From positions 64,001 to 128,000 of the forward strand of contig JBDRRF010000103.1 in assembly GCA_043825875.1 (NCBI GenBank): 64,000 nucleotides of DNA. Direction: 5' to 3'. Under the pieces are notes generated by a model. The model had not been told where the DNA came from, did not search any database, and worked only from the letters and a program-made list of their open reading frames with translations. The stretch is from Pseudomonadota bacterium. Lineage in GTDB: Bacteria; Desulfobacterota; Desulfobacteria; Desulfobacterales; RPRI01. Positions 10,727-20,530 of the stretch are shown in pieces. Each line of letters begins with the position of its first letter. Within the stretch, counting starts at the first letter, position 1. The position numbers and the translations under genes are program-made.

Positions 10727-11431
10727 TCAACCAGAATCATTAGCCATCATCATTTCGGCAATTTTGAAATCTATGTTATCATCAATATCAATTGAACGTG
10801 ATTTGGGCATTATATATATATGGCTATTTTCCAAAATTATTTTTCCCTCTTTTTTTAAAAGCTCTTTCCACCAAACATATATAGATGCGTTTATATCATA
10901 AACTTTTGGCGCACTTTGCCTTGATGAAAAAGTCCCCTTTTTAGAGAGGTGTACTTTTCCATTCGGACTGATTTCTACCATGTTGAAATAGGGATTCCTA
11001 TGGGCTTCGGTTACAGAAAAAACATTATCTGCTTTTGTTCCTAGCAGCATTTCAATACTTGAATCAATGTCTTTTACCGCACGGAGAGGTGTTGTCGTAT
11101 GGAGAAGAACAAGGATGTCAAAATTATATTTTTCTTCCTCTTCCAGCCAATTGATCGCATGTAAAAGGACATCGACAGTTGCAGCTTCATCACCTGCCAG
11201 AGACTCCGGTCTTAGAAATGGAACTTCCGCACCATACTGTTTTGAGATATCAGCTATTTCCTTATCTTCTGTGGAGACAATGGTTCTATCGATGTATCGA
11301 GATTGTAAAGCATGTTCGATTGTGTAGGCAATTAGGGGCTTATCAGCCAGTTTTTTTATATTTTTTCGCGGCACACCTTTTGAGCCCCCACGGGCTGGGA
11401 TAACGCAGACGACCCTATGCTTGCTTATCAT
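10727..11431 (-). CDS. neuA: CMP-nonulosonate (acylneuraminate) cytidylyltransferase, NeuA/LegF-like
   Basis: IPARGGSKGVPRKN, T.PLR, SIDIDD..DF. Confidence 0.92.
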   Translation of the reverse strand: MISKHRVVCVIPARGGSKGVPRKNIKKLADKPLIAYTIEHALQSRYIDRTIVSTEDKEIADISKQYGAEVPFLRPESLAGDEAATVDVLLHAINWLEEEEKYNFDILVLLHTTTPLRAVKDIDSSIEMLLGTKADNVFSVTEAHRNPYFNMVEISPNGKVHLSKKGTFSSRQSAPKVYDINASIYVWWKELLKKEGKIILENSHIYIMPKSRSIDIDDNIDFKIAEMMMANDSG

Positions 11432-12392
11432 GACTGTCTTCCAATAGTTCTAAGACTTTAATTCCATCATCTATGGATATTGCCGTCGTCATGTTTGATT
11501 TGAGTGTTTCAATAAAATGCTGCAATTCAACTTTATAGGTATCTTCCATCTTGAACATATTTTCTTCTGTTAATCGGATTTCACGATCAGGAATGTGAAT
11601 ATCTATCAATTTCTCAATGAAATCACAAAGAATCTCTCCTTTACTGCCAACAATTCTTATTTTTCGCTTTGCTTTACTTTGTAGGTAATCCATGTGAACG
11701 TGGCACACAAATCCATGTTCGTATTGGTAAATACCTTCAAAAATGTCTTCTGAATTTATGTCCAACTCGCTTGCTTTTGATTTTAAGGTTTTCCAAAGGA
11801 AAGGTTCCCCAAAGAGAAACCGCATATAATCGACTTCGTGCGAGAGATCAAGGGCAACACCACCACCAAATTCGGCATTTGCACTATAGGAATTTGTGTA
11901 GTTAACATTGGATCTCCAATAAGGCAGATATTGCCCTACTTCGATTTGGACAAAATATAAATTACCAAGGACTTTTTGTGTTATTTGGTCTTTGAGATAT
12001 TGAATAGCCGGAAGAAATCGTAAATTATAGGCAACAAATACCTTAGTCTGATTTTTCTGCACAATCTCTTTTAAGAAATCAACTTTTTCAAGATTAAGTG
12101 AGAGAGGTTTTTCAATAAATAAAGGGATCTTTCTTTTCGCAAGGATAATGGCGGCATCAATATGTTTATAAGTTTCATTGGCTATAATCGCAAAATCAAC
12201 TTTGTTTCGGTCAATGACAGTACCTAAATCCATGATTGAAGCATCGATAAAAGAAATTTTCTTTTCACATGTATTCTCAAAGCCACCCTTGATTTTTGTA
12301 TAAACAATGATTTCTTCAATAGTATCTATGTTTGACAGATTGAGGATATGCCTTCTTCCTATCGAACCATATCCGACAACTAAGACTTTCAT
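11415..12392 (-). CDS. Gfo/Idh/MocA oxidoreductase (PtmF-like)
   Basis: MKVLVVGYGSIGRRH, FIEKP, GGGVALDLSHEVD; start placed at ATG 12392. Confidence 0.88.
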   Translation of the reverse strand: MKVLVVGYGSIGRRHILNLSNIDTIEEIIVYTKIKGGFENTCEKKISFIDASIMDLGTVIDRNKVDFAIIANETYKHIDAAIILAKRKIPLFIEKPLSLNLEKVDFLKEIVQKNQTKVFVAYNLRFLPAIQYLKDQITQKVLGNLYFVQIEVGQYLPYWRSNVNYTNSYSANAEFGGGVALDLSHEVDYMRFLFGEPFLWKTLKSKASELDINSEDIFEGIYQYEHGFVCHVHMDYLQSKAKRKIRIVGSKGEILCDFIEKLIDIHIPDREIRLTEENMFKMEDTYKVELQHFIETLKSNMTTAISIDDGIKVLELLEDSHDKQA

Positions 12393-12414
12393 CTTGGTAA
12401 TGCCATCCTTGTAA

Positions 12415-13185
12415 TCACCAGGCCGTCCAGCCTCCATCAACTAATATGTTTTGCCCTGTTACAAAAGAAGATGCATCCGATGCAAGATAAATAACGGTTC
12501 CCACAATTTCACTTGGCTTACCCATCCGGCCCATAGGGGTCTTTTTAGAATAATTGTCAACGAAAGAGATGGTTTGATTATCATATATGCCACCGGGCGA
12601 TATCGTGTTTGCCCGTATATTATCAGCGCCGAAATAGGTGGCTATGTATTTTGTTATGGCAATGATCCCGGCCTTTATAGACGCATAGGCAACGGGCATG
12701 GTCATTTCCGATCCTTCATAGATCGAGAAATCTGGCGCCACAACTCCATAAATAGAAGCCAAGTTGATAATACTGCCCCCGCCTTGTTCTTTCATAATCA
12801 TGGCTGTTTCCTGGCACATGAGAAAATAACCGCCAAGATGATTATCAACGTTCAGTTTCCATGAGTCGAATTTTACATCTTCAAACTTTGCGCCCCAGTC
12901 CTTCGTGCGCGGATACGCACAATTGATCAAGGTGTCAATTTTTCCGCTCTCTAGGACGACCTGTTTCAAAACATCTCGTACAGAATTTTCCGAGGTAATA
13001 TCAAGATTGATGTATTTAATGTTTTGTTTAATGAGCTTTTTAGCTTCAGTTTCATTTTGATCTGCAATATAAACATTTGCTCCATATTGGGATAAACCCT
13101 GGACAATCTCTCTGCCAATGAGACCACAGCCACCCGTCACAACGGCGGTTCGGTTCTGACATGAAAACAATTTGTTGTATATCAA
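12415..13185 (-). CDS. Short-chain dehydrogenase/reductase (PtmA-like)
   Basis: TGGCGLIG, NCAYPR, SIYG, YASIK. Confidence 0.9.
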   Translation of the reverse strand: MIYNKLFSCQNRTAVVTGGCGLIGREIVQGLSQYGANVYIADQNETEAKKLIKQNIKYINLDITSENSVRDVLKQVVLESGKIDTLINCAYPRTKDWGAKFEDVKFDSWKLNVDNHLGGYFLMCQETAMIMKEQGGGSIINLASIYGVVAPDFSIYEGSEMTMPVAYASIKAGIIAITKYIATYFGADNIRANTISPGGIYDNQTISFVDNYSKKTPMGRMGKPSEIVGTVIYLASDASSFVTGQNILVDGGWTAW

Positions 13186-14261
13186 CTGTTAATTCCCAAA
13201 TATTTCAATGTTTTCTTATATTCATCCCATTGTCCGACATCGAGCCATCGACCCCAGCAAGGGAATACGCCAACTTTGTCTGTATTGGATAATTTAATTT
13301 TTGTTATCAATTTGTCGATGTCCATTTTTTCAATATCACCCAAATAATTGAATATTTCTGGCTCCATTACATACGAACCGGTATTTACGAACAAATCATA
13401 TTTCGGCTTTTCTAACATTTCAGCAAGGGAACCGTTGGTCATATTAAGGACACCGTAGGGTACATCAATTTCTTTGTGCGAACCGATAATGGTTAATGTG
13501 TTTTTATTTTCTTTATGCCAGGACATGAATTCACCATAATCGCCTTCAAGTAATGTGTCACAATTTGTAAAAATAAAGGTATCCTTGATTTTCCCTTTCA
13601 ATAGACAAAGTCCGCCCACTGTCCCGCAATATTCATTTTCTTCTATCAGCTCGAGTTCATAGGGTTGTTTATTCTCGCTGAAATAGAGTTTAATCATTTC
13701 TTTCTTATGGTTGATCACCAGTTTAAATTTATAAAATCCCCTTTCGTAAAAGCGATCCATAATTACTTCAACGATTGGTTTCTCACCAAGGGGAATCAGA
13801 GGTTTGGGAAGAATTTTAGTAAAAGGATCTAATCTGGTACCTCTACCTCCTGCCATGATAACCACATAGTTATCAAACAATGGGCGTTCAATCTCAGTTG
13901 GTTCAGAAGCAAGGCTCTCATACCAGGACCTAATATCTACTACCTTTCCTGAATCATCTATAACAGGTATGAATTCTATCAGGTATTCTTTCATCAGTTC
14001 ATGAGCTTTTTGTTTAGCATTTTTATCATCCAGATTAAGACTGTAAAAGTTCTTTTTCATTACCTCCGTAATATTCTCTGTTAATTCTATGCCTCGTGTT
14101 ATTCCCCGACGTATATCTCCGTCGGTCAGTGTTCCAATAAGCTTTTGGTTCTCGTCTGTTATAAAGAGAATTTTGATGCCTTTTTCAGTTAACCGCAGCA
14201 TCGCTTGCTTTATGGAGATATCTTTACCTACGAGAAATGATTTGACAGTTTCTGAATCCAT
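13182..14261 (-). CDS. CBS-domain nucleotidyltransferase (PtmE-like)
   Basis: N-terminal CBS pair (TDGDIRR) plus MAGGRGTRL..TKILPKPL. Confidence 0.9.
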   Translation of the reverse strand: MDSETVKSFLVGKDISIKQAMLRLTEKGIKILFITDENQKLIGTLTDGDIRRGITRGIELTENITEVMKKNFYSLNLDDKNAKQKAHELMKEYLIEFIPVIDDSGKVVDIRSWYESLASEPTEIERPLFDNYVVIMAGGRGTRLDPFTKILPKPLIPLGEKPIVEVIMDRFYERGFYKFKLVINHKKEMIKLYFSENKQPYELELIEENEYCGTVGGLCLLKGKIKDTFIFTNCDTLLEGDYGEFMSWHKENKNTLTIIGSHKEIDVPYGVLNMTNGSLAEMLEKPKYDLFVNTGSYVMEPEIFNYLGDIEKMDIDKLITKIKLSNTDKVGVFPCWGRWLDVGQWDEYKKTLKYLGINS

Positions 14262-14266
14262 TGAGA

Positions 14267-14914
14267 TTACCTTTTTTCAACAATCCTTGCGGGCACACCG
14301 ACTACCATTACGTTTGCTGGAATATCTTTTATAACGACAGCACCAGCCCCGATGATTACACCGTCACCAACTTTGATTCCCTGAATAATTGTTGCTGCGG
14401 TTCCTATATGGGTCATATCACCAATCTGAACACCTCCTGACAGGACAGCGCCGGGGGCAATATGTACGTGCGCACCGATAATACAATCGTGATCAACGAC
14501 CGAACCAGTGTTGATAATGGTATTATTGCTTATTATACAACCTATTTGGACGATTGCACCTGCCATGATTTGGACTCCTTCGCCTAATTGCACGCCGCTT
14601 ATGATCGTCGCTGTGGGATGAATTACAGTTGCAAATGAATACCCATCTTTTTTAAATTGAAGGTAGATGTTTTTTCGCTTTTCCGTTAATGATACTGAAC
14701 CGAGTCCATTGACAAGTTCAACAGAATCAGAAGCATAGTTTTTTACCATATTATCGTTTCCAAGGATGAAAGCCCCGGCAATAGACTGACCGGTCAACGA
14801 CACATCCGAGTGAAGTATTCCGACAATTTCTCGTCGCAAGACGTTGAGCGAAGAGATCAAGACTTTGGCATGCCCACCAGCACCTATAATAATGACCGGC
14901 CGGTTTAAAATCAA
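14267..14914 (-). CDS. NeuD/PglD-family sugar acetyltransferase
   Basis: IIGAGGHAKV, IHP, hexapeptide repeats, DHDC, VGVPA. Confidence 0.9.
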   Translation of the reverse strand: MILNRPVIIIGAGGHAKVLISSLNVLRREIVGILHSDVSLTGQSIAGAFILGNDNMVKNYASDSVELVNGLGSVSLTEKRKNIYLQFKKDGYSFATVIHPTATIISGVQLGEGVQIMAGAIVQIGCIISNNTIINTGSVVDHDCIIGAHVHIAPGAVLSGGVQIGDMTHIGTAATIIQGIKVGDGVIIGAGAVVIKDIPANVMVVGVPARIVEKR

Positions 14915-16005
14915 ATTAGTGTATCCCTTTCGTAATCTTTTTCCGATTTATTACCGATTAATTCCCAGTATCGCATCGGTGACAATCCTTTTCCTGGTCT
15001 TTTCATAGTGAGATTTGATGTCGAAAATATTTCACCTGAGCGAATCAGTTTCGCAGAGACTAAGCTTTTCCGGGATATATCTCTGTTTTTCAACTCTAAA
15101 GGCATGGGCACTTTATGCCCATTCCCAAGAGCTGCTTCCACATTACGTATTGCTGTAACCATAGCTTTCAATTCGTCAGGCTCCAAAGACGCCTTATGAT
15201 CCGGTCCGGGAAGATTTCGATCCAAGGTAAAATGTTTCTCGATGACAGTAGCCCCCATGGCAACCGCAGCAATAGGTATGGCAATGCCCGGCGTGTGATC
15301 GGATAGACCTACCTGAAGACCGAAGGCACTACGCATGGTACTCATTGACCGCAGATTGACTTCATCAAAAGACGCTGGGTATTCTGTCGTACAATGCAGA
15401 AGTATAACCTTTTCTTTTAAGATTTTACGTCCTGCTTCCGAACAATAGACATCCCGGAATTTTTCTAAAGAAGGCTTGTCACTGCTAAGTAAATAGCCAA
15501 ACGCTAAAACACCCAGAGCGGTTTCAACCTCTCCGAGGGAGCTCATTCCTGTCGAAAGTATAACAGGTTTTTTTGTTTTTGCTATGTACAGAAGGTAAGG
15601 CCCATTTGTAATTTCCCCGGAAGGTATTTTAAGGTGTAGAAGATCTAATTTATGAGCAAGTAAATCGATGCTATCAAAATCGAATGGTGTGGATAAAAAT
15701 TCGATGTTTTTTGATCGGCAATGTTCAATAAGTATTCGATGGGCAGGCTCATCTAGTTCCAGCTTTTTGACCATATCCAATTGGGTATCATTTTCGGTGG
15801 TCGTCTTTTTCTGGTATTCGGCTTTCGGGGCATGCTTGCTGATGACCTTATCCGCTTTGAAGGTCTGAAATTTTACGGCATCGGCATCGGCCTGTGCTGC
15901 CACATCTATAAGCTGTTTTGCCATTTCAATGTCGCCATTATGGTTCACCCCGGCTTCAGCGATAATGTAGGTGGTTTTTTTCTGATATCTTCGATCAGTT
16001 ATCAT
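14911..16005 (-). CDS. neuB: N-acetylneuraminate/legionaminate synthase (NeuB/LegI)
   Basis: IIAEAGVNHNGD, VKFQTF, LHCTTEYP, SDHT, IEKHFTLD, C-terminal AFP-like domain. Confidence 0.95.
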   Translation of the reverse strand: MITDRRYQKKTTYIIAEAGVNHNGDIEMAKQLIDVAAQADADAVKFQTFKADKVISKHAPKAEYQKKTTTENDTQLDMVKKLELDEPAHRILIEHCRSKNIEFLSTPFDFDSIDLLAHKLDLLHLKIPSGEITNGPYLLYIAKTKKPVILSTGMSSLGEVETALGVLAFGYLLSSDKPSLEKFRDVYCSEAGRKILKEKVILLHCTTEYPASFDEVNLRSMSTMRSAFGLQVGLSDHTPGIAIPIAAVAMGATVIEKHFTLDRNLPGPDHKASLEPDELKAMVTAIRNVEAALGNGHKVPMPLELKNRDISRKSLVSAKLIRSGEIFSTSNLTMKRPGKGLSPMRYWELIGNKSEKDYERDTLI

Positions 16006-17167
16006 AATTCACATCATAAAATTTCTTCATCAGTATGTTCTTTAGCGAGACCTTCTTTAAATATTCTTTGATCTTTAGCGACGCATTTCCCTGCCCATAA
16101 GGATTCTTTGTGTTTCTCAATATTTTTTTAAACTCTGTAGACAATCCTTTAGTGATGGCATCAACAATCGCCTGCTCCTTTTCTTTACAGTCTATTACAG
16201 AATCAGCCTTTAATCGGCCTTGCTGGCGTTGCCCAATGTTAACGGTGGGTTTATGGAAAGCAGGTGCTTCTATAATCCCGCTTGACGAGTTTCCAATGAT
16301 GACATCTGCATTTTTTACAGCATTGAGATAAAGTAGTTGCCCCATGGATGTGAATACTTTTGCCCGTACAGGATTCTTTTCTACATACTTCTCAATATAA
16401 TGATTAATAATTCGCCCAGCAGCGTCTGCGTTTGCCTTAGTAAAAACAATACTTGCTTCCGGAAATTTATCGATAGCATTTAATAATTCGTTAAATACCT
16501 TTTCAGGCCTTGTATTGCTGAGTGTCTCGGGATGATAGGTAACCAGGAAAGATAGCTTGCCAAGTTGAAAATCGATAGCTTTTTCAAAAGAGGTTTTGCT
16601 GAGAAGCTTCATCTTTTTAATATTATCAAGGCCGGGCGCTCCATAATTCATAACCCGTTCCGGCACTTCGCCTAATTGGACAACTCTCTTGCGATATGGT
16701 TCAGCCGCGGTAAAATGAAAATGGGACATCTTCGTAATGGCATGGCGTATTGCTTCATCGATGGCCCCCTCCGTGGCTTCGCCGCCATGAATGTGCGCTA
16801 TGGGAATTCTTGCAATCATGGCAGCCTGGGAGGCGGCAAGAATTTCAAACCGGTCGCCGAGAACAACCATAATATCTGGTTTTTGACGAGCAATGGCATC
16901 GGCAAATCCTATAATTCCCAAGCCAAGAGACTTGGTAATCCCGACAGAAGTGTCACTTGAAAGAAGCATCTCTACTTTTTCATCTATTTGGAAGCCATCT
17001 GCCTCGATTATTTGGTATGTCAACCCGAATTCGGGCGAAAGGTGCATGCCCGTGGCTATAATTTGAAGTTTCAGTTCAGGGTCATCCTGGATTTCCTTCA
17101 TAAGCCAATACAGCAAACCATATTCGGCCCGTGTTCCAGTGACGACACAAATCTTTCGTTTATGCAT
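15995..17167 (-). CDS. neuC: Hydrolysing NDP-sugar 2-epimerase (NeuC/LegG)
   Basis: VTGTRAEYG, TGMHLSPEFG, LGDRFE, HGGE, GNSSSG; start at ATG 17167. Confidence 0.95.
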   Translation of the reverse strand: MHKRKICVVTGTRAEYGLLYWLMKEIQDDPELKLQIIATGMHLSPEFGLTYQIIEADGFQIDEKVEMLLSSDTSVGITKSLGLGIIGFADAIARQKPDIMVVLGDRFEILAASQAAMIARIPIAHIHGGEATEGAIDEAIRHAITKMSHFHFTAAEPYRKRVVQLGEVPERVMNYGAPGLDNIKKMKLLSKTSFEKAIDFQLGKLSFLVTYHPETLSNTRPEKVFNELLNAIDKFPEASIVFTKANADAAGRIINHYIEKYVEKNPVRAKVFTSMGQLLYLNAVKNADVIIGNSSSGIIEAPAFHKPTVNIGQRQQGRLKADSVIDCKEKEQAIVDAITKGLSTEFKKILRNTKNPYGQGNASLKIKEYLKKVSLKNILMKKFYDVNYDN

Positions 17168-18338
17168 CTTGCTCTCCAAGGAAAGCGCTGCTAGGAATAT
17201 TAATCAGCCTTGCTTCCAGACTTTCAGCACAAGAAAGATCCATGCGTGGGCAATCGCGAAACATAACCAGCTTATTCAGAAGGGTCCAGACTGGCCGGGT
17301 CATGATCCCTGCGTCGTTTGTCTTTTCCAATAGTTCATTCCGTTGTTTCTGATTGACTTCGTCAAGCAATAAGACATTCAGCCAATAATTGCTTTTCGAA
17401 TGGGACGGTTCCGTGAAGAATTGAATGCCGTCAGTATTCTCAAAAGCACGGTTGTAACGGGCGGCAAGATCTCTTTTCTTTTCCAAGAATCCGGGAAGTT
17501 GTTCCATTTGGGCGCAACCAAGAGCGGCATTGATATTGGGCAGACGATAGTTATAACCAATGTGATCGTGGCAATATTCCCAGCGGTGAGGTATTTTTGC
17601 TGTGGATGTCAGATGTTTCGCCAATTTTGCCAAGGCTTCGTCATTTGTAATGATCGCACCGCCGCCGCCTGTGGTGATGGTTTTGTTCCCATTGAAACTC
17701 ATAATTGATAGTTTCCCCCAATTTCCTGTATGCTTGCCTTTGTATAATGAACCCAGGGATTCTGCTGCGTCTTCAATCATTTCGATCTTGTACTCTCTGC
17801 AAATCTCGGCAAGGGGATCGAGATCAATTGGATGACCAAATATATGCACCGGAATGACAGCTTTAATTCGTCTTCCGGAAAATTTGTTTATACAGGTATC
17901 AGATTTCAACTTAGCAATATTTTTGAGATAGTCCTTAAGTTTATGGGGGTCAAGTCCCAACGTTCTTTCTTCACTGTCAACAAAATGGGGAATAGCACCG
18001 CAATGGGCTACTGCGTTGGCTGTCGCTACAAAGGTTAGGGCCGGAACAAGAACTTCATCACCCAATTTTATGCCTGCTAATTCCAGTGCGATTTGGAGTG
18101 ATGCAGTACCATTGACAACCGCTACGGCTTTTTTTACACCTGTAAAGTCAGCAAGCATATCTTCAAAACGATCAACATATTTACCAACATATGAGACCCA
18201 AGTTGAATCGATGCAGTCTTTGACATAGGCCCATTCGTTGCCGTTGAAGCGCGGCTCATGGAGTGATACCGGACATTCGCGGTCGGGGATGACGGTTTTG
18301 ATAGCGTTGATGATGCCTTCAACATCCAGCTGTGCCAC
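17160..18338 (-). CDS. legC: LegC-family PLP aminotransferase (DegT/DnrJ)
   Basis: LHEPRF.GNE, EDAAESLG, SFNGNKTITTGGGG, GYNYRLPNINAALG. Confidence 0.9.
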   Translation of the reverse strand: MAQLDVEGIINAIKTVIPDRECPVSLHEPRFNGNEWAYVKDCIDSTWVSYVGKYVDRFEDMLADFTGVKKAVAVVNGTASLQIALELAGIKLGDEVLVPALTFVATANAVAHCGAIPHFVDSEERTLGLDPHKLKDYLKNIAKLKSDTCINKFSGRRIKAVIPVHIFGHPIDLDPLAEICREYKIEMIEDAAESLGSLYKGKHTGNWGKLSIMSFNGNKTITTGGGGAIITNDEALAKLAKHLTSTAKIPHRWEYCHDHIGYNYRLPNINAALGCAQMEQLPGFLEKKRDLAARYNRAFENTDGIQFFTEPSHSKSNYWLNVLLLDEVNQKQRNELLEKTNDAGIMTRPVWTLLNKLVMFRDCPRMDLSCAESLEARLINIPSSAFLGEQDA

Positions 18339-19348
18339 TATATGTTATATTCTCCCGGCTTGTATTGCCTTAAATATTCTGTATTGGTAAACCACTCTAC
18401 TGTTTCCTGTAACCCTCTTTTCAGTCCTTCGATACCTCCGTAGGCAGGAGTCCAACCTGTTAATTTTTCAGCTTTGCTGTTATCAGCCCAAAGCCTTTCA
18501 ACTTCGCTATTCTCCGGTCTGATCCGTTGCAAATCGCTTTCGATATCTATGTTCATATTCATGATATCGGCAATAATATTTACGGTTTCACCGATAGAAA
18601 CTTCAAAATTACTGCCTATATTGATTACTTCCCCTATGGCCTGATCTGCCTCCGCTACAGCTATAAAACCGTTTACTGTATCTTTAACATAGTTAAAATC
18701 TCGTGTCGGATGCAATGATCCCAATTTAATTTTCCTGGTACCAATAGCAATCTGGGTAATAACTGTTGGAATAACTGCCCGTGCCGACTGTCTTGGCCCA
18801 TAGGTGTTAAAAGGGCGAACAATGCTTATGGGTGTATCGAATGCATGATAAAAAGACATGGCAATCTGATCTGCACCAATTTTGCTTGCAGAATAAGGCG
18901 ACTGGCCCTGTAGTGGATGGTCTTCGGTTATGGGCACGAATCGGGCAGTACCGTAAACTTCGCTCGTGGATGTATGAATGATCTTCGATATCCCAAGTTC
19001 CCGTGCTGCCTGCACAACATTAAGAGACCCTTTTACGTTGGTATCAATATAAGTATTTGGTGAATGGTACGAGTAAGGAATGGAAATCAAAGCAGCCAGA
19101 TGGAAAACCACATCACATCCCTTCATGGCCTGCCGGACACCATGCGGATCTCTGATATCACCTGCAAATATTTCCATATTCTTTTTAATCTCCGGTTCCA
19201 AATGATCAAGCCAACCCCAGGAATTAAAGGAATTATACAGGACGAACGCCCGGACATTATAACCGTGCCTGATCAGTTCTTCTGTCAGGTGGGATCCGAT
19301 AAAACCGTCAGCACCAGTTATGAGAATTTTTTTGTTTTGAAGATTCAT
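18338..19348 (-). CDS. legB: NAD-dependent 4,6-dehydratase LegB
   Basis: TGADGFIGSHL, YNSFNSWGWLD, HLAALISIPYSY, YSASK. Confidence 0.9.
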   Translation of the reverse strand: MNLQNKKILITGADGFIGSHLTEELIRHGYNVRAFVLYNSFNSWGWLDHLEPEIKKNMEIFAGDIRDPHGVRQAMKGCDVVFHLAALISIPYSYHSPNTYIDTNVKGSLNVVQAARELGISKIIHTSTSEVYGTARFVPITEDHPLQGQSPYSASKIGADQIAMSFYHAFDTPISIVRPFNTYGPRQSARAVIPTVITQIAIGTRKIKLGSLHPTRDFNYVKDTVNGFIAVAEADQAIGEVINIGSNFEVSIGETVNIIADIMNMNIDIESDLQRIRPENSEVERLWADNSKAEKLTGWTPAYGGIEGLKRGLQETVEWFTNTEYLRQYKPGEYNI

Positions 19349-19539
19349 TTTTGTTTATTCCGCCACACCATGCCAGCTTATATATAATGTTTGAGAGCTT
19401 AACATAACTACCCCCAAAATGCTTTTCGGTAGCTTCTTTTTTACTTCTTAAATTCACATCATAAAAGAAGCCGTTATTTGAATTTAACATACTAAATTAA
19501 CTTAATATTAATCTATGATATGCCATGTTGTAACTAAAT

Positions 19540-19835
19540 TCAAACACTGTGGTGCTTGGCATTTTTTATGTGTTCAATGAACAAGGCGATGAAAGTCGCT
19601 ATGAATAAAGATATTACACCGAAAATCAATGCAATTTTTCTAATATTTACTGCTCTTATTTTATTTATTCCAGGATACCTTACAATTTTGACGGCATTAC
19701 TTAAGAAAGCACTAAGATATTCCATGTTCAAATCATTTGCCGTTTTTGATAAAACAAAAATTCTGTCGTTTATATTCTTTAGATTCTCCTGTAGGTAGGT
19801 AAAATTTTCCTTTTCCCTCTTTTTTCTTTCAACTT
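19540..19835 (-). pseudogene. C-terminal remnant of a second Wzz-like chain-length regulator
   Basis: Open frame from about 19835 (KVERKKREKENFTYLQENLKNINDR...) into a Pro-containing stretch and one C-terminal TM helix; no N-terminal half. Confidence 0.5.
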
Positions 19836-20530
19836 TTAAAATCTTTGAGATCTGTATTTGTCAATAATTACAGCCAAAATCATGCTTAAGATCAACGAAA
19901 AGAAGAAAACCATAGTAGTTGAAACAAGTATTTTTGGTCTAACCGGTTTATCCTCTATTGTCGGAGAAGAGTGTATTATAATTTTGTGTGTAGCAGCAGC
20001 TTCTTTCTGCAGTTTTGCAATTATAATCTCTAAATCCTGTCTTTCCAGTTCTAAATCTTTAACCTTTCCCTGAAGTGAATTAAGATATATCTGCTTATCA
20101 AGAACTTCTTTGGAACAAAGGAATTTTAATATATTACTATACGCCTGATTATTTACAGCCTGTTTGCATTCGGCTTCAATTCTATTTATATCTTTTTGTA
20201 GCTTTGCTTCCTGCTCTTTCGCAAGATTCATCTTAATTACTTTATTCTGGTATTCATTCTCATAAGCTTTTTTTGCTTTTCTGTCACTACATCAGATTCG
20301 AACCTTGCCTGAGTATAATTTGAGATTTTTGGCATAAATTCATTTAATATAGCAATTCCTTTTTGAGTATCCCTGCTTTCAATTGAAATTTCCAGTAAAT
20401 TGTTACTGCCAATAATTTTAGTTTTAATTTGTGGGATATCTGAAATATCTAGTGATAATTTTTCTGCAATCTCTTTATTGAAAATTCCTCCAAGAAGCAC
20501 ATCGCTGATTTCAGCCGGAGAAACTATGAT
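19836..20530 (-). pseudogene. wzz: Wzz chain-length regulator, N-terminally deleted and frameshifted
   Basis: Frame SPAEISDVLLGGIFNKEIAEKL... shifts near the A7 tract (20268-20274) into KKAYENEYQNKVIKMNLAKEQ...SSPTIEDKPVRPK plus TM; first TM segment absent. Confidence 0.65.
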
